A stretch of 64,000 bases of DNA, taken from contig JAGOBA010000006.1 in the NCBI GenBank assembly GCA_017983635.1, positions 60,478 through 124,477 on the forward strand, read 5' to 3'. The stretch is from Alphaproteobacteria bacterium. Its GTDB lineage: Bacteria; Pseudomonadota; Alphaproteobacteria; Micropepsales; Micropepsaceae. Made by a program: the position numbers and the translations under genes. Positions 11,437 through 21,504 of the stretch are shown one piece after another (the stretch's first letter is position 1; every line of letters starts with the position of its first letter). A model generated the notes under the pieces. The model was given only the letters and a program-made list of their open reading frames with translations, was not told the DNA's origin and made no database searches.

Positions 11437-12363
11437 ATGCGGACGGAAGCGGCTTCAGGCGGCGGCCTGATCGCGCGGCTTCCGCGCGTGAAGGGGCCGT
11501 ACGCGGCGAACGCGGCGATCAAGGATCTTACTTGGTTTCGCGCCGGCGGTCCGGCGGAGGTGCTCTACATTCCGCCCGATGCCGACGATCTGGCGGCGTT
11601 TCTGAAGGATGTGCCGGCGGACGTGCCGTTGATGGTGATTGGCGTCGGGTCGAACTTGCTCGTGCGCGACGGCGGGGTGGAGGGTGTCGTCATTCGTCTT
11701 GGCCGCGCGTTCATGAATGTTGCTGCCGAGGGCATGCATCGCGTGCGCGCGGGTGCTGCAGCGCTGGATGTCGCGGTGGCGAAGGTGGCTCTCGAAGCGT
11801 CGCTCTCGGGGCTTGAGTTCATGCGGGGGATTCCAGGCACCGTCGGCGGCGGGCTTCGGATGAATGCCGGGGCTTACGGGCGCGAGTTCAAGGACACGCT
11901 GGTCGAAGCGGTTGCGCTCGATCGCCAGGGTGAGCGGGTGCGGTTCTCCAACACGCAGATGGGCTTTGAGTATCGCCGGGCCAATGTGCCGGACGATCTC
12001 ATCTTCATCGAAGCGCTGTTTCAGGCGGCGCCGGGCGAGAAGGCCGCGATCGAAGCGCGCATGAATGAGATCACCGATTCGCGCGCCGCGACGCAGCCGA
12101 TCAAGAGCCGCACGGGCGGGTCGACGTTCAAAAATCCGCCGGGCGAGAAGGCCTGGCAGCTGATCGATCGCGCGGGGTGTCGCGGTCTTCAGCGCGGCGA
12201 TGCGCAGGTGTCGACGATGCATTGCAACTTCCTGATCAATCACGACCGCGCGTCGGGCGATGAGATCGAGGCGCTGGGCGAAGAGGTTCGCGCGAGAGTC
12301 AAAGCGGCGACCGGGATCGAGCTGCAGTGGGAGATCAAGCGGATCGGGAAGAAGAAGCTGTAG
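11437..12363 (+). CDS. murB: UDP-N-acetylenolpyruvoylglucosamine reductase
   Basis: FAD-binding [12 protein letters not shown] and C-terminal GGSTFKNP motifs. Start set at ATG 11437 just after the murC stop. The 10999-11436 extension overlaps murC out of frame. Confidence 0.9.
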   Translation: MRTEAASGGGLIARLPRVKGPYAANAAIKDLTWFRAGGPAEVLYIPPDADDLAAFLKDVPADVPLMVIGVGSNLLVRDGGVEGVVIRLGRAFMNVAAEGMHRVRAGAAALDVAVAKVALEASLSGLEFMRGIPGTVGGGLRMNAGAYGREFKDTLVEAVALDRQGERVRFSNTQMGFEYRRANVPDDLIFIEALFQAAPGEKAAIEARMNEITDSRAATQPIKSRTGGSTFKNPPGEKAWQLIDRAGCRGLQRGDAQVSTMHCNFLINHDRASGDEIEALGEEVRARVKAATGIELQWEIKRIGKKKL

Positions 12364-12378
12364 TTGTGGTTGCTTGCG

Positions 12379-12514
12379 CTTCTCCCACTCGCGGGAGAAG
12401 CTGGCGCGCGCCATAGGCGCGTGACTGATGAGGGGACATGCGTTTGCGCAGCGTCCCCTCATCCGTCTCGCCGCTCAAGCGGCGATCCACCTTCTCCCGT
12501 GCCGGGAGAAGGGC
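12379..12514. repeat. REP-like intergenic element, copy A (five consecutive stem-loops)
   Basis: Five stems: CTTCTCCC/GGGAGAAG, CGCGCC/GGCGCG, GATGAGGGGAC/GTCCCCTCATC, TCGCCGC/GCGGCGA, CCTTCTCCC/GGGAGAAGG. It shares blocks (GAAGCTGGCGCGC, GACTGATG, CATCCGTCTCGCCGCT, CCACCTTC) with copy B at 52356-52483. Confidence 0.85.
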
Positions 12515-12537
12515 TAGTTCGAACCTTGGAGAAAGAT

Positions 12538-13464
12538 ATGAGCGAGCAACGGCACGTCGCGGTTTTGATGGGCGGGTGGTCGGCTGAGCGGCCGGTCAGT
12601 CTGGTTACGGGGAAGGGCGTTGCGAAAGCGCTGACTGATGAAGGCTTCAAGGTCACCGAGATCGATGTCGGGCGCGATATTGCGGAGGTGCTGGCAAAGC
12701 TAAAGCCCGACGTCTGTTTCAACGCGCTGCACGGGCAGTGGGGCGAGGACGGGTGCGTTCAGGGTCTGCTTGAGATCATGGGGGTTCCTTACACCCATTC
12801 CGGCGTCTTGGCGTCGGCGGTTGCGATGCACAAGGAGCGCGCGAAGGCGGTGTTTCGGGGCGCAGGGTTGCCCATCGTCAAAGATGTCGTCGTTTCGCGG
12901 CACGATGTCTCGAAACAAACCGCGATCAAGCCGCCTTTCGTGATCAAGCCCGTTAATCAGGGATCAAGTGTCGGGGTCTTTATTATCAGACCCGGAGACA
13001 ATCGTCCGCCGGAAGAGCTGACGAGCTCGCAATGGACGTTGGGTGACGAGGTGATGGTGGAAGAATTCGTACCCGGTCGCGAACTCACCGTTGCGGTGAT
13101 GGACGGCAAGCCGCTTGCCGTGACGGAGATCGTCGCCAAGACGAAGTTCTACGACTTCGAAGCGAAGTATTCCGAAGGCGGGTCGGAGCATGTCGTGCCG
13201 GCGAAGATTCCTCAGAGGGTCTACGACGAGGCGATGGACATCTCGGTTCGCGCGCATGTGGCGCTTGGCTGCCGCGGCGTGAGCCGGACGGACTTGCGCT
13301 ACGACGACACGAAGGGTGAGCCGGGGCGGCTGATCATTCTGGAAACGAACACGCAGCCCGGCATGACGCCGACGTCGCTGGCGCCGGAGCAAGCGGCTTA
13401 CAAAGGGATTTCCTACGGTGCGCTCTGCCGTTGGATGGTTGAGGATGCCTCATGCGATCGGTAG
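12538..13464 (+). CDS. ddl: D-alanine--D-alanine ligase
   Basis: MSEQRHVAVLMGGWSAERPVS N-terminus, HGQWGEDGCVQGLLE, and LETNTQPGMTPTS (ATP-grasp). Start moved to ATG 12538. The upstream part of the tracked ORF runs through the repeat element. Confidence 0.9.
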   Translation: MSEQRHVAVLMGGWSAERPVSLVTGKGVAKALTDEGFKVTEIDVGRDIAEVLAKLKPDVCFNALHGQWGEDGCVQGLLEIMGVPYTHSGVLASAVAMHKERAKAVFRGAGLPIVKDVVVSRHDVSKQTAIKPPFVIKPVNQGSSVGVFIIRPGDNRPPEELTSSQWTLGDEVMVEEFVPGRELTVAVMDGKPLAVTEIVAKTKFYDFEAKYSEGGSEHVVPAKIPQRVYDEAMDISVRAHVALGCRGVSRTDLRYDDTKGEPGRLIILETNTQPGMTPTSLAPEQAAYKGISYGALCRWMVEDASCDR

Positions 13465-14393
13465 TGGGTTCAGCCCAAAACGACGACGATTTCGACGTTC
13501 CGCCGCCAAAAAAGAAGAAGCGGACGGCGTCACGGACGAAGCCCAAGGGCAAGCGCGGGCGCGAAGAGGGCTTCGTGAAGCGCTGGGCGTCGTCGGCGTT
13601 TGGCGCGGCGCGCTGGGCGGTTCTTTGGGGCTTGGCGATCGGGATTTTCTTCATCGCCGTGCTGGTGACCGGCTTGTTTTCGGGCGGTCACGTGTCTGCG
13701 GCGATCGCCGAGGCGCGCGCGACCGGCGAAAGCTGGATGGCGGGTGCGGGTCTAACCGTTAACGCGGTGACGCTGGAAGGGCGGAGCGAGACGGCGCAGC
13801 GCGAGATTGTGCGGATGCTGGGCATCAAGCGTGGCGATCTGATGCTCTATGTCGACGTTGACGAGGCGCGGGCGCGAATCGAGGCGCTGCCATGGGTGAA
13901 GTCGGCCGAGGTGCGCCGGGTTTGGCCCGACCGCATCGAAGTTCGGATCGTCGAGCGTAGGCCGGTTGCGGTTTGGCAGAAGGATGGCGCGAAAACCGTC
14001 ATCGACATCGATGGCCGGCCGATCATGGGTGAGGATCCGGAACGTTTTGCAGAGCTGCCGCTGGTCGTCGGACCTGGTGCGGAGACGTCCGTTGCCTCGC
14101 TCTTGAAGCTTGTTGCGACGCAACCGAACTTAAAGTCACGTGTGAAAGTTGCCGTGCGAGTGGGTGAAAGACGTTGGGATTTACGGCTTGATAACGCAGT
14201 TGAAGTACGTCTGCCTGAGGAAGGCGCGGAAGCGGCCTTGGCAGAGCTGGTCCGGCTCGAACGTGACGAGAACATTCTCGCGCGGGACATTACAGCGATA
14301 GATCTTCGCTATCCGGACCGCTTCATCGTCAAGCTGCCGCCAGGGTCGCCGTTGATTACACCGGCGCGGCCCGCCGGCGGCAGGGAAACTTGA
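13452..14393 (+). CDS. ftsQ: cell division protein FtsQ
   Basis: Basic N-terminus (PPPKKKKRTASR), one TM helix, then a POTRA-like region (VNAVTLEGRSETAQREI...). It sits between ddl and ftsA and overlaps the ddl end by 13 nt. Confidence 0.85.
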   Translation: MRSVVGSAQNDDDFDVPPPKKKKRTASRTKPKGKRGREEGFVKRWASSAFGAARWAVLWGLAIGIFFIAVLVTGLFSGGHVSAAIAEARATGESWMAGAGLTVNAVTLEGRSETAQREIVRMLGIKRGDLMLYVDVDEARARIEALPWVKSAEVRRVWPDRIEVRIVERRPVAVWQKDGAKTVIDIDGRPIMGEDPERFAELPLVVGPGAETSVASLLKLVATQPNLKSRVKVAVRVGERRWDLRLDNAVEVRLPEEGAEAALAELVRLERDENILARDITAIDLRYPDRFIVKLPPGSPLITPARPAGGRET

Positions 14394-15718
14394 TGGTCAT
14401 TGGGATCGGCAAGGGACGGACAGCGAAAGGACAGCGCTCGCACAAAGGCGGGATTATCGCTGCGCTGGACGTCGGGTCGACCAAAGTGGCCTGTTTCATC
14501 GTCAAGGTTTTGCCGGCGCGCGAAGGCGCCGAGCCCCAGCTTAAGGTCATGGGCGTCGGGCATCATGCCAGCCGCGGCGTGCGCGGGGCGACGGTGGTCG
14601 ACATCGTGGCGGCCGAGGAGTCCATCCGTGTCGCGGTTGAGCAGGCCGAGCGGATGGCGGGCGTTACGCTGAAAGACGCGATCGTCGGCATTTCGTGCGG
14701 TCAGCCGCAGAGCCGGACCATTAACGTCGAAGTTTCGATCGCGGGCCACGAGGTCGGCGAAGAGGATTTGCGCCGCGCCTACGCGACGGGCAGGGCACAA
14801 GCGCCCGGGGCGGAGCGCGAGATCATTCACTGCATGCCGGGCAGCTACGCCATCGATGGCAGCCGGGGTATCCGCAATCCGCGCGGCATGGTGGGCGACA
14901 CGATGGGCGTCTCCATGCATACGATTTCGGCCGCTTCTGGGCCGATGCGGAACCTGGAAGCCTGCGTCGAGCGGTGCCATTTGGACATTGCGGGCAAAGT
15001 TGCGACGCCTTTCGCGGCGGGCTTGGCGACGCTTGTCTCCGACGAGATGGACTTGGGCGCGACCGTCATCGACATGGGCGGGGGCACGACCTCGATCTCG
15101 GTGTTCTTCGACGGCAATCTGATCTTCGCCGAGGTTTTGCCGGTCGGCGGCAATCATGTGACCAGCGACATTGCGCGGGGGCTTTCGACCTCGCTCTTGC
15201 ATGCGGAACGGATGAAAACGCTGCACGGCAGTGCGCTTTTGGGCCCGAACGACGGGCGCGAGATGATCGCGGTGCCGCACTTGGGCGAGGACGATCCGGA
15301 GGCCGATAGCCAAATTCCTCGCTCGGTGCTTGCCGGCATCATTCAGCCGCGGATCGAGGAAACGTTCGAACTTGTGCGGGATCGCCTAACGGATTGCGGA
15401 CTGACGTCGATTTCGGGACGGCGCGTCGTGTTGACGGGCGGTGCCGCGCAGCTGAACGGCGCACGCGAAGTGGCGGCGCGGATACTCTCGAAGCAAGTGC
15501 GGATCGGGCGGGCGACGCGCCTCACCGGTCTTGGCGATGCAGCCAGCGGACCGTCGTTTGCGGCGGTCGCCGGCGTTGCGATTTGGGCGTCACAGCGGCC
15601 AAACGAAGTGATGATCCAACGTCAGGATTTCGATGCACAACCGCTCGCCTATGGTACTCATGGGAGTGCTTCGCGGGGGTTTGAGGGACTGACGCGCTGG
15701 TTCAAAGAGAATTTTTAA
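14393..15718 (+). CDS. ftsA: cell division protein FtsA
   Basis: Actin-fold motifs LDVGSTKV and VIDMGGGTTSI. ATG 14393 overlaps the ftsQ stop (TGATG). Confidence 0.92.
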   Translation: MVIGIGKGRTAKGQRSHKGGIIAALDVGSTKVACFIVKVLPAREGAEPQLKVMGVGHHASRGVRGATVVDIVAAEESIRVAVEQAERMAGVTLKDAIVGISCGQPQSRTINVEVSIAGHEVGEEDLRRAYATGRAQAPGAEREIIHCMPGSYAIDGSRGIRNPRGMVGDTMGVSMHTISAASGPMRNLEACVERCHLDIAGKVATPFAAGLATLVSDEMDLGATVIDMGGGTTSISVFFDGNLIFAEVLPVGGNHVTSDIARGLSTSLLHAERMKTLHGSALLGPNDGREMIAVPHLGEDDPEADSQIPRSVLAGIIQPRIEETFELVRDRLTDCGLTSISGRRVVLTGGAAQLNGAREVAARILSKQVRIGRATRLTGLGDAASGPSFAAVAGVAIWASQRPNEVMIQRQDFDAQPLAYGTHGSASRGFEGLTRWFKENF

Positions 15719-15813
15719 CTCTTGCTGGCGCAAGACTATAAAATGAAAAGCGCAAACAATGCGCGTCATGGTGTGGTGTCGAATTCGGGAAGGTCACGCA
15801 TGGAGAACTAGCG

Positions 15814-17388
15814 ATGGCCATCAATAATCTTACGGCGCCTGATTTGACGGAATTGAAACCGCGGATCCTGGTATTCGGAGTCGGCGGCGCCGGCGGCAAT
15901 GCCGTCAACAATATGGTGGCGTCGGAACTCGAAGGCGTCGAGTTCCTGGTCGCGAACACCGATGCGCAAGCGCTCGTTCATTCGAAGGCCGAGCGTTGTC
16001 TGCAGCTCGGCACAAAGATCACTCAGGGTTTAGGTGCGGGATCGCGGCCGGATGTCGGCTACGCGGCCGCCGAAGAAAGCACAGACGAGATCAGGTCGGT
16101 TCTCGACCAAGCGCATATGGTTTTCATCACCGCGGGCATGGGCGGCGGCACGGGTACGGGTGCAGCACCGGTGATCGCCAAGATCGCGCGCGATATGGGC
16201 GTGCTCACCGTCGGCGTGGTGACGAAGCCGTTCTCGTTCGAAGGTCCGCGCCGGATGCGGATTGCGGAGGAGGGGATCGAGAAGCTGAAGGAATTCGTCG
16301 ATACGTTGATTGTCATTCCGAACCAGAATCTGTTCCGTGTCGCGAACGAGAAGACGACGTTCGCCAAGGCGTTCGAGATGGCGGACGAAGTGCTTTATGC
16401 GGGCGTGCGCGGGGTCACCGACTTGATGGTGATGCCGGGCTTGATCAATCTCGACTTTGCCGACGTGCGCACCGTGATGCGCGAGATGGGCACGGCCATG
16501 ATGGGCATGGGCGAGGCCGAGGGTGAACGGCGGGCGATCGAAGCGGCGGAAGCGGCGATCTCGAATCCCTTGCTCGACCACTCGTCGATGAAGGGCGCGC
16601 GCGGCGTGCTCATCAACATCACGGGCGGCATGGACTTGACGCTCTATGAGGTGGACGAGGCGGCGAACAAGATCCGCGCCGAGGTCGATCCGGAAGCGAA
16701 CATCATCGTCGGATCGACGTTCGACGAGCGGATGAACGGACGTATGCGCGTGTCGGTCGTGGCGACCGGTATTGCCGCGGAAGTGAAGGCGCAGGTTGCG
16801 CCGACGAAGTCCTCTTCGGTGAGCGTGCGCGCGCCGGAAGTGAAGAGCGAGATCAAGCGGTCGTCGTCGAGTTCGGCGATGCCGGTGGCGCAGCCGATGG
16901 CCGCGAGCGCTTCCGTTTCGCATCCCGTGCACACGATGCAGGCCGAGATCGTGCAGTCGGGGCTCGCGATCGGCGAGAGCCGCGAGATCGATCAGCGCAG
17001 CCATGCGGCGGTCGAGAGCCATCTTTATGAGCCTGAGATCATCGATTCAGTTCTGAAAGAGTCGCGCGATTTGCCGGTGCGCGAGCCGCATCGCGTCCGT
17101 CAGCCGCTGCCGCCGCTCCCGACGGTGCTGCAGCAGGAAGCGAAGAAGAGCGGCGGGTTCTCGATGTTCGGCATCACGATCGGTGCCAGCGCGCCGAAGA
17201 AGCCGCTGGTGCAGCGTTCGCAGAGTCCGTCGTCGATGCGCCTGTCGCCGGAGTCGACGACGCCGGGCGAGACGCGCGCTCTGCCGTCGCGGGGCGCCGC
17301 GGCGCCGAAAGTGCGCAACGAGGATTACAACGCGACTGCCGACGATCAGCTCGACATCCCGGCATTCCTGCGCCGGCAGGTGAATTGA
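15814..17388 (+). CDS. ftsZ: cell division GTPase FtsZ
   Basis: [13 protein letters not shown] and [10 protein letters not shown] tubulin signature, a long disordered linker, and the conserved C-terminal peptide DIPAFLRRQ. Confidence 0.97.
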   Translation: MAINNLTAPDLTELKPRILVFGVGGAGGNAVNNMVASELEGVEFLVANTDAQALVHSKAERCLQLGTKITQGLGAGSRPDVGYAAAEESTDEIRSVLDQAHMVFITAGMGGGTGTGAAPVIAKIARDMGVLTVGVVTKPFSFEGPRRMRIAEEGIEKLKEFVDTLIVIPNQNLFRVANEKTTFAKAFEMADEVLYAGVRGVTDLMVMPGLINLDFADVRTVMREMGTAMMGMGEAEGERRAIEAAEAAISNPLLDHSSMKGARGVLINITGGMDLTLYEVDEAANKIRAEVDPEANIIVGSTFDERMNGRMRVSVVATGIAAEVKAQVAPTKSSSVSVRAPEVKSEIKRSSSSSAMPVAQPMAASASVSHPVHTMQAEIVQSGLAIGESREIDQRSHAAVESHLYEPEIIDSVLKESRDLPVREPHRVRQPLPPLPTVLQQEAKKSGGFSMFGITIGASAPKKPLVQRSQSPSSMRLSPESTTPGETRALPSRGAAAPKVRNEDYNATADDQLDIPAFLRRQVN

Positions 17389-17393
17389 TCGGA

Positions 17394-18278
17394 TTACTTC
17401 CCTTTGACGTAAGCCGTCAGACCCTCCGCTAGTTCGTCGTAGACGAGGCGGACGCGGCGGCTTGTGGCTAGGTCCTCGTGCATGACGAGCCACATTTCGA
17501 GCGGCATGCGGAAGGCGCTGTGCAGGACCGGCAGCAGGTCGTTCTCCCGCGCGGCCAGTTGGCGTTGCATGCCGCCGATACCGGCGCCCGCGCGTAGCAG
17601 AGCGAGTTGAGCGAGATCGTTATCGCTGCGGAGCGCGAACATGTCGCGCGAGATTCCTTTCATGGCTTCCAGTGCCGGTGCGTTCGTGTCGTAGCCGATC
17701 ACGTCGTGATGGGCGAGGTCGGCCAGCGACTTCGGCAGGCCGCGGCGCTTCACGTAGGAGTGATGCGCGTAGAGTAGTGCTGGGACGTCGCCCAGCTTGC
17801 GGGCGCGTAGGTTTCGTTGTGAAGGGCGCACCATACGGACGGCGATATCGGCTTCGCGCAGCAACAGGTTCTCGTTGCGATTGGAAAGGGCGAGTTCAAG
17901 CGCGATCTTCGGATGATTGGCACGGATGCGCGCGAGGATCGCGGGCAGCACCTCGGCGCCGATCACGTCGCTGGCCGTGATGCGCACGACGCCGCGTTCG
18001 TCCTCTGCCTCTCCGGTTGCGGTTCGGGCGAAGGCGGCGGCGGTTGCGGCCATCGCTTGCGCGTGCGGCATGAGATCAAGCGCTGCGTCGGTTGCCGTCA
18101 GCCCGTGAACGGAGCGGGTGAAGAGCTTGACGCCGAGCGCGGTCTCAAGCGCATCGATGTGGCGGCCGAGTGTTGGCTGCGTCAGGCCGAGGTCGCGGGC
18201 GGCGGCCGACAGGCTCTTCGTGCCGGCAACGGCCAGGAACGAGCAGATGAGGGTCCAATCGAGGGCGCTTTTGGTCAT
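17394..18278 (-). CDS. LysR-family transcriptional regulator
   Basis: N-terminal wHTH FLAVAGTKSLSAAARDLGLTQPTLGRHIDALE plus a LysR substrate-binding domain. Divergent from the membrane protein at 18369. Start taken at MTKSALDW. Confidence 0.88.
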   Translation of the reverse strand: MTKSALDWTLICSFLAVAGTKSLSAAARDLGLTQPTLGRHIDALETALGVKLFTRSVHGLTATDAALDLMPHAQAMAATAAAFARTATGEAEDERGVVRITASDVIGAEVLPAILARIRANHPKIALELALSNRNENLLLREADIAVRMVRPSQRNLRARKLGDVPALLYAHHSYVKRRGLPKSLADLAHHDVIGYDTNAPALEAMKGISRDMFALRSDNDLAQLALLRAGAGIGGMQRQLAARENDLLPVLHSAFRMPLEMWLVMHEDLATSRRVRLVYDELAEGLTAYVKGK

Positions 18279-18368
18279 ACAAAAATGTATATCAAGTCGC
18301 CTCATTTCGCCAATGGCTATACGCTCGAGTGTGCGCGACCTTGTAGACCGTTAGAACGGAGGTTTTCC

Positions 18369-19028
18369 ATGTTCGTCGGTCACTATGCGCCGGTGTTTGC
18401 GCTTCGCGCGGTGCGGCAGAGCCCGGGTCTCGCGGCGGGGTTCGTTGCGGTGCAGCTTGTCGATATCGGCTTCTTTTCGCTCTCGTATTTCGGGATCGAG
18501 AAGTGGGCGGCCAACCCGTCGCTCACTGGCTTCACGCCGGTCGATCTCTACTTCATGCCCTATACGCACAGTCTGATAGGAAGCGCGCTCTGGGCGGCGG
18601 GGGCGGGGCTGATCGTTGCGATGCTGTCCGCGGAGGGGCGGCGGTTGGCCAACGGGTTGATCATCGCGGCGCTGGTGTTTTCGCATTGGCTCTTGGATCT
18701 AGTCGTGCACCGGCATGATCTGGCGCTCGGCCTCGATGGGGTGGGCGAGAAGTACGGCTTCGCGCTTTGGGATCATCCGGCGATCGTAGCGCCGATGGAG
18801 ATTGGGCTGCTGCTCGCGGGGTTTGCGCTCTACATGCGTGGGACGCAGGCACGGAGTGTGTTGGGCAAAGTTGTGCCGTGGCTCGTGCTTACGGCGCTGA
18901 TCGCGGGGCAGGGGGTGAACTGGTTCACGCCGCCAGCGCCGGATGTGGCGACGTTCTCAGGGATGGGCTTGGCCGCCTATTTCGGGTTTGCGTTCCTGGC
19001 GCTGATGCTCGACCGGACGCGTGCGTAG
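18369..19028 (+). CDS. polytopic membrane protein, possibly a YdjM/DUF457-like metal-dependent hydrolase
   Basis: About 6 hydrophobic segments with His-containing motifs (YTHSLIGSAL, FSHWLLDLVVHRHD). The family call comes from motif memory only. Start at ATG 18369; the upstream part of the tracked ORF is antisense to the LysR gene. Confidence 0.5.
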   Translation: MFVGHYAPVFALRAVRQSPGLAAGFVAVQLVDIGFFSLSYFGIEKWAANPSLTGFTPVDLYFMPYTHSLIGSALWAAGAGLIVAMLSAEGRRLANGLIIAALVFSHWLLDLVVHRHDLALGLDGVGEKYGFALWDHPAIVAPMEIGLLLAGFALYMRGTQARSVLGKVVPWLVLTALIAGQGVNWFTPPAPDVATFSGMGLAAYFGFAFLALMLDRTRA

Positions 19029-19032
19029 TGGG

Positions 19033-19992
19033 TCAGGCTATTGGCCTCAGGAACGCGGCGATCGTGTCGAAGACGTTGGGTTCCTGGCCGGCCCAGATGT
19101 GCCCGCCTTCCGGGAAGATCACGAGCTTGCCATTCTTGACGCTTGCCGCGATGTGCCGGGCTGCCGCCGCCGTTTGGAACTTATCGTCTTCGAAAGAGAG
19201 CGCGAGTGTTGGGGCGGTGATGCGCTCAAGCGGCATGGGTGCCGGTGTGTAGGCAAGGCGGCCGTCGTTGAGCAGGCCTTGCGCGCGGTCGCTGACTGGC
19301 AAGATGTTGTAGAGGATCGAGCGAACACGGGCCTGTTCGGCATCGCCGGCGCGACGCACGAGTGCCGGGTCGGTTGCGAGGAGGGCGGAGATCATGGCGT
19401 CCTGGTCGATCTGCAGCCCTGTCCAGAACAGGAAGTCGGAGCGTAGCGCGTATTCGATGATCGCTTTGGCGAGCGGCGTCGGTGGGTCGACCGGCGGGCG
19501 TCCGGGGGCGTAGGCGGCCGGCACAAGCGCGACAAGTGCGCTGCACCGGCCTGGGTGGCGGATCGCGAACTGCATCGCCGAGAGCGCGCCCGCCGAGCCG
19601 CCGATGACGGGCGCGCGGGCGATCTTCAGGTGGTCGAGCAGGTCCACGAACGCGTCGGCCTGGTTCTCCGACGACGGATTGGCGGGGTATGCCGAGCGCA
19701 GATAGCCGAAGCGCGATGGTGCGATCAGCCGAAAGCCATGGCGCGTCAGTGGCCTGGCCATATCGAGCCCTTGATCGTACCCGCCACCGGTGCCGTGGAT
19801 CATCAACACAGGCGCGCCCCGACCTTCTTGTGCGTACTCAAGCGTTCCAAACCGGCCTTCAACTGTGCGGCTGTGCCCTTGGCTTCTCGCTCGCGCTGCG
19901 GCGAGATCCGTTGTGAACGAACGCCACGTCAGGCCCGTTCCACCAAGGGCGGCGAGTGCCGGCAGTCCCAGGAGAAGTGTACGGCGGCGCAT
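19033..19992 (-). CDS. secreted alpha/beta-fold hydrolase
   Basis: Signal peptide MRRRTLLLGLPALAALGG (Tat-like RR), HGTGG oxyanion region and GGSAGA nucleophile elbow. Confidence 0.8.
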   Translation of the reverse strand: MRRRTLLLGLPALAALGGTGLTWRSFTTDLAAARARSQGHSRTVEGRFGTLEYAQEGRGAPVLMIHGTGGGYDQGLDMARPLTRHGFRLIAPSRFGYLRSAYPANPSSENQADAFVDLLDHLKIARAPVIGGSAGALSAMQFAIRHPGRCSALVALVPAAYAPGRPPVDPPTPLAKAIIEYALRSDFLFWTGLQIDQDAMISALLATDPALVRRAGDAEQARVRSILYNILPVSDRAQGLLNDGRLAYTPAPMPLERITAPTLALSFEDDKFQTAAAARHIAASVKNGKLVIFPEGGHIWAGQEPNVFDTIAAFLRPIA

Positions 19993-20502
19993 CGAGTGGA
20001 CTCCCTCCAATGCGGGAGATTGCGCGGGCTTTGGGATGAGGCTCTGATCTGCGTCAGGTCGCAGCTACAACTTGTGCGAGTTTGAAACGATCAGCACCCG
20101 ACAAAGTTAGCCGGTTGCAGAATCGCTGCGTTGCAGCGCAAATTGGAAATGGCGGAAATGCGTGCCTGGCCTTGATCGCAGGTGCAGCAGAAACGGTCGT
20201 TTTTTGGCTCATTTCTGCGGTAACAATCGGAAACAACAAGTTATTTTCGACGATTCGGTCACACTGTTAGTCTTTTCCTCGGCGATGGAGCCATCTGTCC
20301 GGGTACTGGGTTCACCATACAACACCTGGGCGAGTGGTCATCAAGGGGTAGTGCCGGTCTGAGGGGGGCGGTGCTGTCTGCAAGCCGTAGGGGACGGCCT
20401 TCCAAGGTGCGCCTCCGCGGTGTTTTCGCGGTTTTGAGTTCTTTTTGCCCAGTCGGGCGACCGCGAGGCGGACGGCATGACTAACAGTTCGTGTGAGGGG
20501 TA

Positions 20503-21432
20503 ATGGCGCTGCAAAAGACGATTAAGAACCAGATGGTCTGCCAAGGCGTTGGCGTACACACTGGGATTCTGACCACCGTTACTCTGCTGCCGGCGCCCGA
20601 AGGTACGGGCATCATTTTCCGCCGCACGGATCATCCTGGAATCGCAGGCGTTGTACCGGCGCGCTTTGATCGTGTCACCGACACGCGTCTCGGCACAACG
20701 ATCGGCAACGTCTACGGTGTGAAAGTTCATACGGTTGAGCACTTGATGGCCGCTGTTGTGGGCCTCGGCGTTACCAACCTCATCATCGAAATCGACGGCG
20801 CGGAAGTGCCGATCATGGACGGTAGCGCGGCGCCGTTCGTGTTCCTGATCGAATGCGCGGGCGTCGTTGCACAGAGCGAGCCGGTGCGTGCGATCCGCGT
20901 GCGCGAGACGGTGCGCGTGGAAGACGGCGACAAGTATGCCGAGTTGCGGCCGGGCATCGGCTTCTCCGCCGATCTTGAGATCGCGTTTGAAAATTGCCGC
21001 GTTATCGACCGCCAGTTCTATTCGTTCGACCTCGATACGCCGTCGTTCAAGGCGGAGATCGCACGGGCGCGGACGTTCGGCTTCCGTCATGAGGTTGAGT
21101 ATCTGCAGAAGAACGGGCTCGCGCTCGGCGGGTCGTTGGCGAATTCTATCGTGCTCGACGGCGAGACGATCATGAACGAAGAGGGTCTGCGTTACGCCGA
21201 CGAATTCGTTCGGCACAAGCTGCTCGACGTGGTCGGCGATATGGCGTTGGCCGGCGCGCCGCTCTACGCGCAATTTCGCGGTTTCAAGACGGGCCATGCG
21301 CTGAACAACAAGCTGCTGCGCGAGTTGTTCGCGCGCAAGAGCGCTTGGGAATATGTCACCCTCCACCAATCGCGCCGGCCGGCCTCGGTCGAACGCCCGG
21401 TCTACGTGGGCGGCCTTGCAGCGGCAGAATAG
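20503..21432 (+). CDS. lpxC: UDP-3-O-acyl-N-acetylglucosamine deacetylase
   Basis: HTVEHLMAA and FVRHKLLDVVGD zinc/active-site motifs. The ftsZ-proximal position is typical. Confidence 0.95.
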   Translation: MALQKTIKNQMVCQGVGVHTGILTTVTLLPAPEGTGIIFRRTDHPGIAGVVPARFDRVTDTRLGTTIGNVYGVKVHTVEHLMAAVVGLGVTNLIIEIDGAEVPIMDGSAAPFVFLIECAGVVAQSEPVRAIRVRETVRVEDGDKYAELRPGIGFSADLEIAFENCRVIDRQFYSFDLDTPSFKAEIARARTFGFRHEVEYLQKNGLALGGSLANSIVLDGETIMNEEGLRYADEFVRHKLLDVVGDMALAGAPLYAQFRGFKTGHALNNKLLRELFARKSAWEYVTLHQSRRPASVERPVYVGGLAAAE

Positions 21433-21455
21433 TACCTGGCTCCCTAAGCATACCT

Positions 21456-21488
21456 AGCGCCGTAGCTCCCAAAGCTGCGGCGCTTTTT
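21456..21488 (+). terminator. rho-independent terminator after lpxC
   Basis: Stem AGCGCCGUAGC/GCUGCGGCGCU (one G-U pair), 7-nt loop, followed by UUUUU. Confidence 0.75.
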
Positions 21489-21504
21489 GTGAGGTGAGGT
21501 TACC

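Noticed and set aside
12505-12522. tRNA T-loop-like string AGTTCGAACC at the end of the murB-ddl repeat.
   Set aside because: No acceptor, D or anticodon arms can be built around it. It is part of the repeat flank.
12364-12537. 5' extension of the ddl ORF, and the ORFs at 52287-52562 (-), 52323-52514 (+) and 52334-52543 (-) that read through the repeat copies.
   Set aside because: Their translations (…SPLEGEAGAPKARLMGG…PTFPLKGGRA…) are the usual pseudo-peptides produced by GC-rich palindromic repeats. Compensatory stem changes argue for nucleic-acid structure, not coding.
20330-20440. Possible SRP (4.5S) or 6S RNA in the lpxC upstream region (GGCGGTGCTGTCTGC…).
   Set aside because: It lacks the conserved SRP domain IV sequence (…CAGGUCCGGAAGGAAGCAGC…), and no 6S-like long interrupted helix could be drawn by eye. 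It is retained only as a possible leader or sRNA in a finding.
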